Of a stretch of DNA of 57,491 bases, positions 9,338 through 18,645 are shown piece after piece. The notes beneath the pieces were generated by a model, which saw only the letters and a list, made by a program, of their open reading frames with translations, made no database searches and was not told the DNA's origin. The stretch's first letter is position 1. Each line of letters begins with the position of its first letter. This DNA is from Spirochaetota bacterium (GTDB lineage: Bacteria; Spirochaetota; UBA4802; UBA5550). The DNA lies in assembly GCA_042569985.1 (NCBI GenBank), contig JBHPHB010000003.1, positions 1-57,491 of the forward strand. Direction: 5' to 3'. The translations under genes and the position numbers were made by a program.

Positions 9338-9991
9338 TTAATTAAATGATGTAATAAAGCCAATATTTACAGTTGTAAGGTGCATAACCGTGGTTTTATC
9401 ACCGAATTCAATTAGCGCTCCGTACTTTCCGCCAACCTCAATTGTATATGTCCCGGAAAGATGGAACCTGAAATCTATTCCGGCCCCCTAAAAAAAATGG
9501 AGGTTATTTTTTAAAGTATAGTCATTCGTGCGCCCGATTATGCTGACCCCACCGGGCACATAGCTTAGGAAATCACTGCTCCCACCGATGAAAACATTGG
9601 GTATAATACTGAAGCTTGACAGTACCCGGAAGCTGTAAGCCGCAACTGCCGTTACTGGTACCATGAGTAAATACCCTGTTGTTTTGGCACTGTCAGAACC
9701 ACCGTTATCCTGATCATTAGAGTTGCCGTAAAAATGCCATATTGACAGTTCTGGCCCCAATTGAAAGTTTTTATAGTTCCAGAATAAACCTGCTGAAATA
9801 CCCGAACCGGGCATAACCTCATTCATGGCATTTCCCACGGGTATTCCCGTAACCTCAGCCTTTATTGCCAGGTTAGGGTAATTGGTGTTTGTCTTTCTTG
9901 TTTCCCTGAACTGGTCCCGGTAGGTCCCCTGGGCAAATGCCGGCATCATAATATAAAAGAAAAAACAGATCAAAATTATATATTTTTTCAT
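9338..9991 (-). pseudogene. Outer-membrane beta-barrel protein interrupted by an in-frame TAG (9488-9490)
   Basis: The track ORF 9488..9991 has the signal peptide MKKYIILICFFFYIMMPAFAQG and alternating beta-strand sequence. After the TAG the same frame stays open for 49 more codons (GAGIDFRFHLSGTYTIEVGGKYGALIEFGDKTTVMHLTTVNIGFITSFN) to TAA at 9338-9340, with an OMP-like C-terminus. Confidence 0.65.
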
Positions 9992-10132
9992 ATGATAAAT
10001 ATAAAACTTTGTTTTATCTCATGTTAAGATGTTTTATAATGTCCGTCGATTTTTTGGGATTATCCGCAAAATATATTGCTTGACAGTGAACATTGGCAAA
10101 GACAAATTCCTTAAAAAATTGAAGATAATGTA

Positions 10133-12478
10133 ATGGTTTCTATTGTAGAGTTAAATAAAATTAGTGATGAGAAAGTAGGCGGAAAAGCCAGGGGACTAAA
10201 TTTATTGATAAAGTCCGGCCTTGCAGTTCCACGGGGTTTTGTAATTACAGACACCGGTTCTGACAAGTTTCCCCGGGATCTCAGGAAATACCATGAGTCA
10301 CTGAAAGCTGAAAGTGTAGCTGTCCGTTCCAGTGCAATGAAAGAGGACGGTGCGGAATTATCCGCTGCAGGGCAGTATGAAACCTTTCTCGGTATTGACT
10401 CCCATGATAACCTTGTTAAAGCAATTGATGATTGTATTGGCAGTGCAAAGAATAAACGCGTTTCAGCCTACAACAAAACTCTGGGGCAGGATAATAACGA
10501 AGAAAATGTGGCGGTAATTATCCAGGAGATGGTAGACGCGGTAACCGCCGGGGTCCTGTTCACTGCTGATCCGGTTTCATTGAGCAGGGGACACCTGGTA
10601 ATTGAAGCTGCCAGGGGTTTGGGTGTAAATGTTGTGGACGGTAAAACCGGAACTGTTCAATACAAAGTTGACAGGAACACCGGAGAAATAAAGGGCAATG
10701 GCAGCCCGGAAAATATCCTAAACCATAACCAGATCCATGAACTTTATAAAGGGGCCCTTAAGGTAGAAAAGCTTTATGACATGCCCGTTGATATCGAATG
10801 GGCCGTTGACGGGCAGGGAAAAGTCTGGTGGCTCCAGGCACGCCCCATTACAACTCTTGATAAATACAGTCTTGATACGGTAGTAACAAATGATGGCTGG
10901 ATCGAAAGTACGGGAAATGTGGGTGAAGTTTTTCCCGGTTCAATAACCCCCCTTACTTATTCCACTGCAGGGCTTTCACTGAACATTGGAATGTTTACCA
11001 TGTTTTCCCGCTGTGGTGTTTTTAAGAAAAGCGATAAAAATGTTCGATTTATTCACTATTTTGATAACCATTTATTTTTTCATATTAACAGCATGTGGAT
11101 TATTTCCAACCACGTGCTGGGTTCCACGTATGATCAGATAGAGTATTCCATTTGCGGTAAGTCAATAGAAGACAGGGGCGATACAGGCAGGAGGGGGGCC
11201 TTTTTAAAGAGGCTCGTAAACTTTTTCAAATACATGAGAATTATCTTCAATGATAAAAAGTATATGGGGGAATTGCAAAAGCTTTCGGAAACATTCAATA
11301 TTGAAACTGAAAACCTAACTACCGGTGAACTCTACAGCACGCTGATGGAAAATCAGGATGTTCTGGACCACGCATATTTTCTGCACTACTGTATGAGTGC
11401 CCATTCTGCCGTTATGAACATAATACTGAAACGTTCAAACAGAAACGCCGGGGACGAAGTAATAAGCACTCTCCTTGCAGATATATCAGATATTGAGAGT
11501 GCACAGATTCCCATTGAGCTGGATAAACTGGCTGACATGATAATAGAGGATGGTGGTGCAGATAAATTCCTCGATTTACCGGATACCCGGAGGATAGATT
11601 GGCTTAATAGTAAAAACAGTGAAAAATCCGGAGGACTTTGGAGAGATTTTATTAAAAATCACGGGCACAGGTGTATCCGGGAGCTGGAAATGATGGAAAT
11701 TGAATGGGAGAGTGACCCCCGTTATATTATTAATACACTCACAGGCTATGTGGAACTGAAGAAAAAGAAAAATAGTCAATTACGGAAAAGGGGGAGGGGC
11801 TTTCCCGGTGAAACAAAGGATAGTAAACTTGTGAAAATGGCAAAGGATGGTGTACGCAAAAGAGAAAAGTCAAAAAGCATGCTTGTGAGAGTGCAAAACC
11901 AGTTTAAAAAAGCTTACAGGGAACTTGGCAGATGCATGGTTAATGATGGTATTCTTGAAGGGGAAGAGCAGATATACTTTTTTACAAAAGAGGAAATAGG
12001 CGAAGTAATAAATAATCCCGGCCCCGAAAATATAAAAAAGGCTGATTTCAGGAAAAAGAAGTATAATGAAAATATGGAACTCCACTTTCCAATGGTGTGC
12101 AGGGGCAGGCCCCTTCCCGTATCTTCAATAGAAGTGGATGAAAATGTTAAGGTTCTCAAGGGCATGCCAGTGAGCAGGGGTGTTGTTGAAGGCACAGTGA
12201 GGATAGTGAGGAACAGGGAGGATGCTGAAAAGCTGGTCCAGGGTGATATAATGGTATCTACATTTACTGATATTGGGTGGTCACCCTATTACAGCAGGTT
12301 GGGGGGGCTTATTACCGAGCTTGGCAGCCCCCTTTCTCATGGTGCAGTTGTTGCCAGGGAGTACGGCATTCCCCTCGTTTCAGGTGTAACCGATGCAATC
12401 AGGATCCTTGGAAACGGCAGTTCTGTTCGAGTTAATGGGACAGCAGGAATTATTGAAATTCTTAAAGATGCAAAATAA
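10133..12478 (+). CDS. PEP-utilising enzyme family phosphotransferase (N-terminal ATP-grasp/PPDK_N, C-terminal His swivel domain); rifampin-phosphotransferase-like architecture
   Basis: N-terminus VGGKARGLNLL...VPRGFVI and DIEWAVDG...WWLQARPIT. C-terminus GGLITELGSPLSHGAVVAREYGIPLVSGV. There is an unassigned central region of about 400 aa. Confidence 0.75.
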   Translation: MVSIVELNKISDEKVGGKARGLNLLIKSGLAVPRGFVITDTGSDKFPRDLRKYHESLKAESVAVRSSAMKEDGAELSAAGQYETFLGIDSHDNLVKAIDDCIGSAKNKRVSAYNKTLGQDNNEENVAVIIQEMVDAVTAGVLFTADPVSLSRGHLVIEAARGLGVNVVDGKTGTVQYKVDRNTGEIKGNGSPENILNHNQIHELYKGALKVEKLYDMPVDIEWAVDGQGKVWWLQARPITTLDKYSLDTVVTNDGWIESTGNVGEVFPGSITPLTYSTAGLSLNIGMFTMFSRCGVFKKSDKNVRFIHYFDNHLFFHINSMWIISNHVLGSTYDQIEYSICGKSIEDRGDTGRRGAFLKRLVNFFKYMRIIFNDKKYMGELQKLSETFNIETENLTTGELYSTLMENQDVLDHAYFLHYCMSAHSAVMNIILKRSNRNAGDEVISTLLADISDIESAQIPIELDKLADMIIEDGGADKFLDLPDTRRIDWLNSKNSEKSGGLWRDFIKNHGHRCIRELEMMEIEWESDPRYIINTLTGYVELKKKKNSQLRKRGRGFPGETKDSKLVKMAKDGVRKREKSKSMLVRVQNQFKKAYRELGRCMVNDGILEGEEQIYFFTKEEIGEVINNPGPENIKKADFRKKKYNENMELHFPMVCRGRPLPVSSIEVDENVKVLKGMPVSRGVVEGTVRIVRNREDAEKLVQGDIMVSTFTDIGWSPYYSRLGGLITELGSPLSHGAVVAREYGIPLVSGVTDAIRILGNGSSVRVNGTAGIIEILKDAK

Positions 12479-12501
12479 ATATTCTAATAAAGGAAGGTCC
12501 A

Positions 12502-13596
12502 ATGAGTGGTAATGAAAAACTAAGGCCCCTGGGCGGGTCTGCAATTAAAAACTTTCTGGCCAGGAGGATGCTCAACAGAAGCCATATAGGGAAGAATACA
12601 GAAATTGATTATGAACTTGCCAATAAACGTGTGCCCCCGGAAAAGGGGCTCATTGTGGGCAAAAGTGATATGCACTATAATGATTCCTTTGTTTTCCAGG
12701 GTTCAGATGATAGTGGCAATCTCTTCATGACACGCCTGGGGTTCCGGGGAGATGGTACGGATGTGGATATTTGGCTGTGGTTTGTCCTTGATAAAAAGAA
12801 ATATGTAATTGGCAGTGACTATGAGAAAATTGATGACGCAGGTTTATCGTCAATTTCCTGCAGGGGCCTCACCTATGAATATGCAGGAGAAGGAAGCTGG
12901 AGAATTGCATATAAAGGGAGCATTGGCTCAAATAACGAAGATTGTGAGGTGGACATGGTTTACAGGCCTTCAACAGAGATGTATTGTATGAGTATTCATA
13001 CCAACAAGGATACATATGCACTTTCAATGGCGGAGATGAAATGGAGCAGGGAGTATTTTAAAAAACTCAGAAGTGAAGGCCAGGAAAGGATAGAGCAGGG
13101 CGGAACCGTGGAAGGTAAAATTAAAGTTGGCACGAAGGAGTACAGCCTCTCATTGCTCGGTTTCAGGGACCACTCCTGGGGGAAGCGTGATTGGGCCATG
13201 ATAAACAGGTATATCTGGAACCTCTTTGCCCTCGAAGAGCCTGTTATAATTAATGACAGAAGTTATACCCATGCCTGTTTCACAACGGTCAATTATCTTA
13301 CCTTCAACCACCTGGTTTCTGGCTGGATTGCAGGTAAGGATTCTGTCTTACCCATAGTGGCATCAACAGATATGGAGTTAATAGGCGGTGACGGCAAAAT
13401 CCCGGCTGAATATACTGTCCGGTTCAGGCCCCATGGCGGACCAATTCTCAACGCAAATGTTAAACGGCATAATCACCTTGAGCATGGCTGGTTTATACAG
13501 GATAATAAGTATGAGGTTAATGAAGCATACTGTTCAATCGAAATTGATGGAAAAAAAGGGCATGGCATGAGTGAGTTCGGCTATTACAGGGGATAA
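12502..13596 (+). CDS. Hypothetical protein (364 aa), probably co-transcribed with the PEP-utilising enzyme
   Basis: Good SD (AAGGAAGG) and a 23-nt gap to the upstream gene. I recognise no catalytic motif. It contains FRDHSWGKRDW. Confidence 0.5.
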   Translation: MSGNEKLRPLGGSAIKNFLARRMLNRSHIGKNTEIDYELANKRVPPEKGLIVGKSDMHYNDSFVFQGSDDSGNLFMTRLGFRGDGTDVDIWLWFVLDKKKYVIGSDYEKIDDAGLSSISCRGLTYEYAGEGSWRIAYKGSIGSNNEDCEVDMVYRPSTEMYCMSIHTNKDTYALSMAEMKWSREYFKKLRSEGQERIEQGGTVEGKIKVGTKEYSLSLLGFRDHSWGKRDWAMINRYIWNLFALEEPVIINDRSYTHACFTTVNYLTFNHLVSGWIAGKDSVLPIVASTDMELIGGDGKIPAEYTVRFRPHGGPILNANVKRHNHLEHGWFIQDNKYEVNEAYCSIEIDGKKGHGMSEFGYYRG

Positions 13597-13610
13597 AAGT
13601 AAATTATTTA

Positions 13611-15674
13611 TTAGTCCCTGGCAAGTTCAGTTTCATAGGCCTGCATGGCTGCTTTTCTGTTCATCCGAATTTCTTCGTTGGACGGGTCTTCTTCTACGCC
13701 CCTGGTAAATGCCTGGAGTGACTTTTTATATTTTTTCAGCTTGTAATAACTTCTTCCGATGTTGTTGTAGGTTTTAGATATTAGCTTACTGTTGTTGGTT
13801 GCCTTAAGTACCTGGTAAAAAGTATCAATTGCCTTATCCTGCATATCCTTTCCAGCATAGATTAATCCAAGAGAAAAGAGTGCATCGGCATCTCCCGGTT
13901 TAAGGAGCAGGGCCTTTTGTATGAGCCTCAGTGACTCATCAAGGGACTTTTCATCTTTCTTAACCTTTGAATTTAGTACTGCCAGGTTAATTAATGATTT
14001 CCGGGACAGTTCGCTGTTTCCCTTGATCTGCAAAACCCTGTTATAGGCCTTTTGTGCAAATTCAAACTGTCCTCTTTTGTAATATATTGTTGCTATTTTA
14101 AAATGGCCTTCCTGGTTATTGGGCCACCTGGTAATTATCATCCGGAATTCCTTTTCGGCAAGGTCGAATTCCCTTTTTTCATAAAAATAATTTGCCCTTG
14201 CCAGGAGAGGTTTTGGGTTTTTGGGATTCAGCTGAGAAGCCTTTTTCCATGCAAGCATTGCAAGCTCCGGCATTTTTGCGTGTTTGTATGCAATACCCAG
14301 GTTGTAATAAGCTGAATCATCCTTATTGCTCAGGGTGATAGCCTTTTTATAAGCTTCGATGGCTTCAGTAAATCTCTGTGCATCGTCAAGGATATTTCCC
14401 ATGTTCAGATAGGCCACACGGGCATTTTCGGTGGTGGGCTCGATTGCTGTTATCTTTCTAAATAATTCAAGTGCCCTGTCAAGTTCTCCCTTTTCATAAT
14501 AAATCTCAGCAATTCTTGAGAGAATTTTAATATTGCGTTTATTGGTTTTTAATATTTTATTGTACAGGTTCAAACTTTGGTCATAGTTTTTTAAGGAAAA
14601 ATGCGCATGGCCGATGTTTTCCAGCATGGCCACATCTTTCTGCCCGTACTTTTCAGCCAGGGTGAGCTCCTGCAGGGCCTTTTCTTTCTTGTTTAATTTT
14701 AAATATATTATGCCAAGATTATACCTGTTGATTGGATCTTTGGGCCTGATTAAGAGGGCCTGCTTTAAATATTTTTCGGCCAGGTCGAAAGATCCCCTTT
14801 CGGTGTACATAACTCCCAGCCTTGAATATGCCCGGTGTGCAACCTTGCCTACTCTGTCGGCTGTGGCAGCTCTTTTAAAATATTCTGCCGCTGAAAATTC
14901 ATCCCCTGTTTTAAATACAGCTGCACCCATGTTATATAGAAGTGACGGGTTTTCGGGAGTAAGTTTTAAAGCATCGCCGTATTGTTTCACGGCATCCTTA
15001 TATTTTTTTGTTTCGTAGTAGAGATTGCCAAGAAGTATCATTGAATTTAAATCATTGGGCTTAATGGATAATGATTTAACGGCATTTTCAATGGCCCTTT
15101 CATAATCCTTTTTGTGGCGGAAGCTAAGGGCCAGGTTTCTGTATGTGTCTGCATTTTCCTTATCATAAAGCAGGGATTTGGAGTAGTACTCTATGGCCTT
15201 GTCATAATTCCCCCTGTCATCGCTTATCATACCAAGGTAGTTTAATGCTATTGCCTTGTCCTTGTCGCTTGCCCCTGATTGGAGTACTTCGTTAAATTCC
15301 GTTATGGCATCATTGAGAAACCCCTTTGAATAGCTTTCCCTGCCTTTTATTATATGGATATTCTCAGATGTATCTTTTATATCTTTTTGTATAATGCCCG
15401 ATACAACATCGGTTTTATTGTCTTCAACTTTTGAGGTGTTTGACGGGGTAAAAGACCATGGTTTTTTATAGACAAACTTTATAAGGATTACCGTTACCAG
15501 TATTGCGGCAACTGCTATGGAGGAAGCAATAATTATTGGCTTTTTATTGTCCGTTGTTGTTCGGATTTTTTTTCTGCCCCGTTCTGCTTCGATACTGCTT
15601 ATCCTGTTTTTTTTAAGATCAATATCCTCATCACCTAAATTAAAGTCAGGTTCGTTATTTTTATTGATTGCCAC
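13611..15674 (-). CDS. Membrane-anchored TPR-repeat protein (687 aa)
   Basis: One N-terminal TM (IIIASSIAVAAILVTVILI) is followed by many 34-aa TPR-like units (A..Y..AL...P.....Y.LG.YY). Confidence 0.8.
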   Translation of the reverse strand: MAINKNNEPDFNLGDEDIDLKKNRISSIEAERGRKKIRTTTDNKKPIIIASSIAVAAILVTVILIKFVYKKPWSFTPSNTSKVEDNKTDVVSGIIQKDIKDTSENIHIIKGRESYSKGFLNDAITEFNEVLQSGASDKDKAIALNYLGMISDDRGNYDKAIEYYSKSLLYDKENADTYRNLALSFRHKKDYERAIENAVKSLSIKPNDLNSMILLGNLYYETKKYKDAVKQYGDALKLTPENPSLLYNMGAAVFKTGDEFSAAEYFKRAATADRVGKVAHRAYSRLGVMYTERGSFDLAEKYLKQALLIRPKDPINRYNLGIIYLKLNKKEKALQELTLAEKYGQKDVAMLENIGHAHFSLKNYDQSLNLYNKILKTNKRNIKILSRIAEIYYEKGELDRALELFRKITAIEPTTENARVAYLNMGNILDDAQRFTEAIEAYKKAITLSNKDDSAYYNLGIAYKHAKMPELAMLAWKKASQLNPKNPKPLLARANYFYEKREFDLAEKEFRMIITRWPNNQEGHFKIATIYYKRGQFEFAQKAYNRVLQIKGNSELSRKSLINLAVLNSKVKKDEKSLDESLRLIQKALLLKPGDADALFSLGLIYAGKDMQDKAIDTFYQVLKATNNSKLISKTYNNIGRSYYKLKKYKKSLQAFTRGVEEDPSNEEIRMNRKAAMQAYETELARD

Positions 15675-15680
15675 TGGAAA

Positions 15681-16097
15681 TTATTTCTCCTTAATTAATT
15701 CTGATTTATTTACAGCGTCAAGGATGCCGTTTATAAATTGACTTGAGTTTTCTCCCCCAAAAATTTTCCCAAGTTCAATACCCTCATTAATTGATACTAT
15801 GGTAGGTATATCCTGAACAAAAAACATCTCATATAAAGCAATTCTAAGAATGGATTTGTCAATTGTACTTACTCTTTCGAATTCCCAGTTCTTTGAGTAT
15901 TTCTTAATATGCTCGTCAATTCCATCAATGTTTTCAATTGTACCTTTGATCAGTGTGATAGTGAATTCTCTTATATCATCAGAAATTTTACTTTCAATCC
16001 AGTTTAGCTCTGTTGTATCTTCAAGGGTTGCTTTGCCTACTTCAATCATGTACAATCCCTGAAGGGCATATTCCCTTGCTTTTCTTCTATGGCCCAT
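15681..16097 (-). CDS. nusB: Transcription antitermination factor NusB
   Basis: RRKAREYALQGLY at the N-terminus, 138 aa, in the classic ribH-nusB adjacency. Confidence 0.9.
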   Translation of the reverse strand: MGHRRKAREYALQGLYMIEVGKATLEDTTELNWIESKISDDIREFTITLIKGTIENIDGIDEHIKKYSKNWEFERVSTIDKSILRIALYEMFFVQDIPTIVSINEGIELGKIFGGENSSQFINGILDAVNKSELIKEK

Positions 16098-16561
16098 TAT
16101 TTTAATTGTCGGTATAGATCGGCCATTTCTATTGCAGAAAGTGCCGCAAAAAAGCCCTTATTACCCGATTTGGTGCCGGCCCTTTCAATTGCCTGCTCTA
16201 TGGTATCAGTTGTAATTACACCAAAGATAACAGGTATGTTTGTATTCATTCCAATTTGGGCTACTCCCTTTGTAACTTCTGCGGAGATATAATCAAAATG
16301 CGGGGTTGATCCCTTGATAACAGCGCCCAGGCATATTACCGCATTAAATTTGCCCGACTGGGCAATTTTTTGTGTCACCGAAGGAATTTCAAATGCTCCC
16401 GGTACCCATACTACGGAAATATCTTTTTCATCGACATTGTTCCTTTTCAAACAGTCAATGGCCCCATTGAGAAGTTTATTTGTTATAAATTCGTTGAATC
16501 TTGAAACTACTATACCAACTTTTAATCCCGATGCATCAAGCATTCCTTCAATTGTTTTCAT
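16097..16561 (-). CDS. ribH: 6,7-dimethyl-8-ribityllumazine synthase
   Basis: [18 protein letters not shown] and [17 protein letters not shown]; 154 aa. Confidence 0.92.
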   Translation of the reverse strand: MKTIEGMLDASGLKVGIVVSRFNEFITNKLLNGAIDCLKRNNVDEKDISVVWVPGAFEIPSVTQKIAQSGKFNAVICLGAVIKGSTPHFDYISAEVTKGVAQIGMNTNIPVIFGVITTDTIEQAIERAGTKSGNKGFFAALSAIEMADLYRQLK

Positions 16562-16770
16562 GATATTTAACCTGTTTCCTCTTTTAAAAAATTTTTCAAA
16601 ATTATATATGGGTTGCTCAATTAATATAAATTAGGATGTTCTGCATAAACTCCCATATAGTTAAAAATTCGTAATTTTTTACTATACAGTCAAGCTTTTT
16701 TTACATATTAAGCCTATTGGACAAGGCATGGCAATTATGAATAGAGGCCGGTTATTAAGAAAAGGGGGAT

Positions 16771-17508
16771 TTATTTTTTTAAGGTATTTTCAATAAATTT
16801 ATATACCAGTTTTTCCGTAGTTGACTGCTGTTTTTCCCTGGAGATAGTTGCTTTTTTATCCTTGCCAATATGAAAACCGTAGTAGCCGAACTGTCCGTGG
16901 TTGCCGCCTTCAATTTTATGCATTGTAGTTTTTGGTGAAAAATTATATTTTGTAGGTTCAAAGATATGGGCATAACCGTCATTTGTGCCATAAATTGATA
17001 TCGTTGGGAGTTTGATATTGGTAATCCTGTTTTTATCCGGAAGGAAACTGCCCAGCAGGATAACTCCGCAAACTTTATCTTCTTTATTGTCTCTTAGAAA
17101 AAATGATGCAACTACTCCACCAAGCGAATGGCCGCCAATGAACCATTTTTTTATTTTTGGGAATGACTTGATTACATCATGGGCTGCATTTTTATTTGTA
17201 AAGGCAATGCGCATGCCAACGGGGGTGATGACACTGACAATCCCCCTTTGCGCAAGATATGACATGAGCCTGGAGTAGGATTCAGCATCGACCAGTCCGC
17301 CGGGATAGAATACAAATCCCGCTTTCACCTGTTGTTCCCTTGGCTTAAATATCAGCCAGGGGTCATCAATAAATTCTACCTGCTTTGTGGTCTTTAAATA
17401 CTTATCAACATCCTGCAGGGCCTTTCCTGTAAATAACTGAATAAAAAGATAAAAAATTATAATTACTGTTATAATGCCCGAAAGAATTCTTAATATCCAT
17501 TTTTTCAT
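16771..17508 (-). CDS. Alpha/beta hydrolase with an N-terminal membrane anchor
   Basis: Nucleophile elbow GGHSLGG, an N-terminal TM, and a late His in GGNHGQFG. Confidence 0.7.
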   Translation of the reverse strand: MKKWILRILSGIITVIIIFYLFIQLFTGKALQDVDKYLKTTKQVEFIDDPWLIFKPREQQVKAGFVFYPGGLVDAESYSRLMSYLAQRGIVSVITPVGMRIAFTNKNAAHDVIKSFPKIKKWFIGGHSLGGVVASFFLRDNKEDKVCGVILLGSFLPDKNRITNIKLPTISIYGTNDGYAHIFEPTKYNFSPKTTMHKIEGGNHGQFGYYGFHIGKDKKATISREKQQSTTEKLVYKFIENTLKK

Positions 17509-17727
17509 ATTTCAATCCCTGCTGCAAATTTTATTGGTATAGAAACTATTTTTGCTGAAAAGCGTTATAAGTAAAGCTACTTTTGACTCAAAGTTGATGT
17601 CAAGTAATTTTATTTTAATCTCTTTTTGCTCAAATGAATATGCTTAGGGGAAAATTAATTTATTATTGACTTTTAAAATCATTGCAAAAAAATTGAAAAC
17701 AAAATAATAAACAAAAGGAGAATCCAT

Positions 17728-18096
17728 ATGAATGCAAAGAGAATATTGTTAGTATCTTTAGTGATCGTATCAGCTTTACTAATTGTTAATTGCGGTAAAG
17801 ATAAGGGAACTTCTACCGGCAATGTTAACACTGAACAAAGTGCCGATGTTGATAAGTTTCTTAGTGATTATGAAAGCTTTGTAACTGAGTACTGTTCAGT
17901 AACAGATCAGATATCAACTGCACCTATGATGAAAAAGGTCAAGTTGATGCAGGGCCTGGCTATTAAATCAACAAAACTGTCAAAATATGCAAATGATTCA
18001 ATTGCAATGAAGGCTTCCATGTCTGCATCAGCTCAGAAAAAGCTTGATGAACTTCAAAAAAAGGCAGATCAATGCTCAAAGAAAGTTAAGATATAA
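17728..18096 (+). CDS. Small lipoprotein, function unknown
   Basis: SD AAGGAG. Signal/lipobox LLIVNCG. 122 aa. Confidence 0.55.
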   Translation: MNAKRILLVSLVIVSALLIVNCGKDKGTSTGNVNTEQSADVDKFLSDYESFVTEYCSVTDQISTAPMMKKVKLMQGLAIKSTKLSKYANDSIAMKASMSASAQKKLDELQKKADQCSKKVKI

Positions 18097-18107
18097 TACT
18101 TATTAAA

Positions 18108-18470
18108 TCAATTGTGAAGAGTGTTTAATGCATCATGGAGATCATCGGGATTAAAGGGTTTTGAGAGGTAGTTTGAATTTTTTATTTCCTTTATCCTTTC
18201 TATTGTTTCATTGTCATTATATGTGGTTACAAAAAGAACAGGCGTATTATTCTTCTTTCTAATTTTTTTAATAGTATCAATTCCGTCCAACTTGCCCGAT
18301 GTTTTTACGTTTGTAATTATTATATCGGGTTTAATCTTTTTTATTAATTTTAGTGTTTCTTCACTGGAGTTGGAAATGGCAGGTACTTTATAACCCATTT
18401 GGACTAACTGCATTTTAATGTCCAATGCGATAATAGATTCGCTTTCGGCTATGATTATTCTTTCATTCAT
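18108..18470 (-). CDS. Single-domain response-regulator receiver with the phospho-acceptor Asp replaced (pseudo-receiver)
   Basis: It has the REC fold pattern, but beta1 reads IIIAESES (no DD pair) and beta3 reads PDIIITNVK, with Asn where Asp57 sits. Thr (FVTTY) and Lys (SKPF) are conserved. The track ORF extends to 18503. Confidence 0.7.
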   Translation of the reverse strand: MNERIIIAESESIIALDIKMQLVQMGYKVPAISNSSEETLKLIKKIKPDIIITNVKTSGKLDGIDTIKKIRKKNNTPVLFVTTYNDNETIERIKEIKNSNYLSKPFNPDDLHDALNTLHN

Positions 18471-18645
18471 CGTACTTGTATATGTCAAATTATTCTCATC
18501 CATAGTAAGTGTCTGTAATATCTATCGACATTATGTTTCAGCTTTATAGTGATTTATTTGAGAATACTAAGTGCGAAGCTGAGTTATCACGGAATAACTT
18601 TATAGATAAATTTAAATGGGGATAAATAAAATTTGAAGAAAAATA

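Noticed and set aside
16562-16770. Looked for an FMN (RFN) riboswitch upstream of ribH
   Set aside because: The region is almost pure AT with none of the conserved GC-rich RFN helices (GGGCGG / CCGAC / GGATGG-type segments).
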